From: a virus
IMG/VR virus record: IMGVR_UViG_3300028844_006119
Coordinates: 78,187 to 142,186 of that record
DNA length: 64,000 nt
Strand: one strand, 5' to 3'
The position numbers and the translations under genes were made by a program. Under the pieces are notes generated by a model, which saw only the letters and a program-made list of their open reading frames with translations, was not told the DNA's origin and did not search any database. Below, one piece after another: positions 62,663-64,000 of the stretch (position 1 is the first letter of the stretch; each line of letters opens with the position of its first letter).

Positions 62663-63039
62663 GACACAGTTAGTCCGGACTCTTCCGCAGACAGGAGGTC
62701 GGCCCAGTCCCACCACACATCTGCCCGCGCGGCGTCCTCGTCTGAGTTGACCCAGAGGGCGACACTGATTCCGTCGTCGTTGTGCAGGAGCCCAACATCA
62801 AGTCCGTGAGGGAGCCCCAGCCAATAGCGGGTGTCGCCTTCCTTGGCGTCCATCTCGTAGGGGGTGGGCGGCCCCTCAATCTTTGCGCGCTCCCACACGG
62901 TGTGCGCTCGGTCCAGCAGCTCGTTGATGTCCTTCACTTCAAGGTCCATCGACTTTGCCGCGTCTGTGACGTTGTAGTCACTGGCGATCAGTTCGCACAG
63001 AAGACGTGCGAACTGAACTTCATTGTTACCCCAGCTCAT
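62638..63039 (-). CDS. Hypothetical protein
   Basis: GGAGGAGG RBS; coupled operon. Confidence 0.7.
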   Translation of the reverse strand: MSWGNNEVQFARLLCELIASDYNVTDAAKSMDLEVKDINELLDRAHTVWERAKIEGPPTPYEMDAKEGDTRYWLGLPHGLDVGLLHNDDGISVALWVNSDEDAARADVWWDWADLLSAEESGLTVSEKEEENK

Positions 63040-63278
63040 TCCTCCTCCCAGTCGTACGGAGTAAGGTACTCAGGGTCTGAGCTCTGCTCCTCCAGGAGCA
63101 CCTTCATCTCTTCGTGGGTGACCTCTACGGACTCCATGTCGGTCACATTGCCGGAAGCGTGCCCGTGGATGGTCATGTGGATGATGTCGCTCAACCCCAT
63201 GTCATCCGGTAGCGGGCTGGTAGGGTCCTCCGTCAACACCTCGAAGACGATTGTCGTCTTCCAGAACTTGGTCTTCAT
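63036..63278 (-). CDS. Small acidic hypothetical protein
   Basis: ATGA coupling at 63275..63278. Confidence 0.65.
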   Translation of the reverse strand: MKTKFWKTTIVFEVLTEDPTSPLPDDMGLSDIIHMTIHGHASGNVTDMESVEVTHEEMKVLLEEQSSDPEYLTPYDWEEE

Positions 63279-63712
63279 TTCCTGCTCCAATGGTTTCGGT
63301 AGATCATGTTGGTCTTGCTGATCCTCATCATGAGTCGCCAGCAGCCCTCCTCTATTGCTCGGGCCCGGTGTTCATAGGCCCCGCTGTACTCCCACACCGT
63401 TCCGGCATGAAGGACTGTCCCGTCTCTGCCGAGGGTGGGGACTCCTCCAATCGTCAGAAGACGGTGGATCTCATCGGGCTCTTCGCGCCCATCACAATGC
63501 CACCGACCGTGCCCAAACCGACCTTCTGGCTCTAAGAACCGGAAGTGGTAGGTCAGTCGCGGCCCTTCTATGCCCTCGGACATCCTCTCGAACAGCTCAA
63601 CCATGTGCGCAGGAAGGTTCCTACGCACGAAGGCCTGACTTGCGTAACGAAAAGAGCCGATAGGCAGCCCTTCCAGACTCGGGTGAGTCTGGAAGAGCGC
63701 CTTTGCGGTCAT
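63275..63712 (-). CDS. Putative 2OG-Fe(II) oxygenase-fold protein
   Basis: WHCDG (HxD) ... YEHRA (distal H) ... WRLMMR (R). Confidence 0.5.
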   Translation of the reverse strand: MTAKALFQTHPSLEGLPIGSFRYASQAFVRRNLPAHMVELFERMSEGIEGPRLTYHFRFLEPEGRFGHGRWHCDGREEPDEIHRLLTIGGVPTLGRDGTVLHAGTVWEYSGAYEHRARAIEEGCWRLMMRISKTNMIYRNHWSRK

Positions 63713-63969
63713 CGGGTGCATGCCTGGTCGCCGGTGTCGATGTAGTTCTGGCTACAAGCACTGTGCCCGCATCTGATGCGGTCCCACGGAGTCATTAGGC
63801 GCTCTGGGTCGAGCAGTGACCGACCCTTGTGGTGGTAGATACCACCAACACACTCCATGTTCTCATTCTCATCGGGATGTGTCGAGAACACTCGATCCTC
63901 GTTGTGCCCGAATGGGATGATCCTGCCATCCTCGAGGATGATTCCATCTGAGAACATGTCCCAGCTCAA
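63709..63969 (-). CDS. Hypothetical protein (start uncertain, near window edge)
   Basis: ATGA-coupled to downstream gene; CGHSACSQ. Confidence 0.55.
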   Translation of the reverse strand: MSWDMFSDGIILEDGRIIPFGHNEDRVFSTHPDENENMECVGGIYHHKGRSLLDPERLMTPWDRIRCGHSACSQNYIDTGDQACTR

Positions 63970-64000
63970 GACCTTTCTGCCATCAAAATCTACGAAGTAC

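Larger units (their letters stand above)
1..64000. mobile_element. Segment of a large myovirus-type (contractile-tailed) bacteriophage genome encoding its own multisubunit-type RNA polymerase
   Basis: Terminase, portal, capsid, sheath and tube-like ORFs; dense overlapping start/stop codons; many short orphan ORFs; no bacterial housekeeping operon context. Confidence 0.93.

Noticed and set aside
1-64000. Stop-codon reassignment (seen in some large phages)
   Set aside because: Conserved genes are full length in code 11, and TAA, TAG and TGA all end genes at tight gene junctions
1-64000. CRISPR array, tRNA genes, integrase/transposase, reverse transcriptase (DGR/retron)
   Set aside because: No spaced repeat array, cloverleaf or catalytic motifs found by eye; a tRNAscan/Infernal run would be needed to exclude RNAs formally

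Overview
The whole 64 kb window reads as a segment of a large, GC-rich (roughly 60% by eye) tailed-phage genome with a contractile tail, using the standard genetic code. The + strand carries the virion/packaging genes: portal, baseplate spike-like protein, terminase large subunit, putative prohead protease, scaffold-like proteins, major capsid protein, neck proteins, a 1437-aa tail sheath and tail tube. Embedded among them is a 2112-aa single-chain fusion of RNA polymerase beta and beta'. Short, mostly - strand islands of non-structural genes (GyrB/ParE, MoxR AAA + VWA, ParB-like proteins, HTH, alphaCTD-like protein, DUF2589-like pair) are interspersed, and most start at a shared promoter-like motif, AAA-N13..16-G(T/G)CATAA. 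The most striking unexplained pattern is a peptide-level system. At least six unrelated proteins begin with the same acidic leader (F-x-D-E-[IVL]-x-K-x-A). Head-module proteins are dense in K-x-A/S sites. Cationic, Gly-zipper or amphipathic 'cargo' segments sit directly behind or between those sites, sometimes inserted into, or splitting, core head genes. My inference is a modular capsid-targeting/protease-release system that loads many small basic or membrane-active peptides, and possibly the RNAP, into the virion. Functional calls come from motif recognition by eye; no database searches were run.
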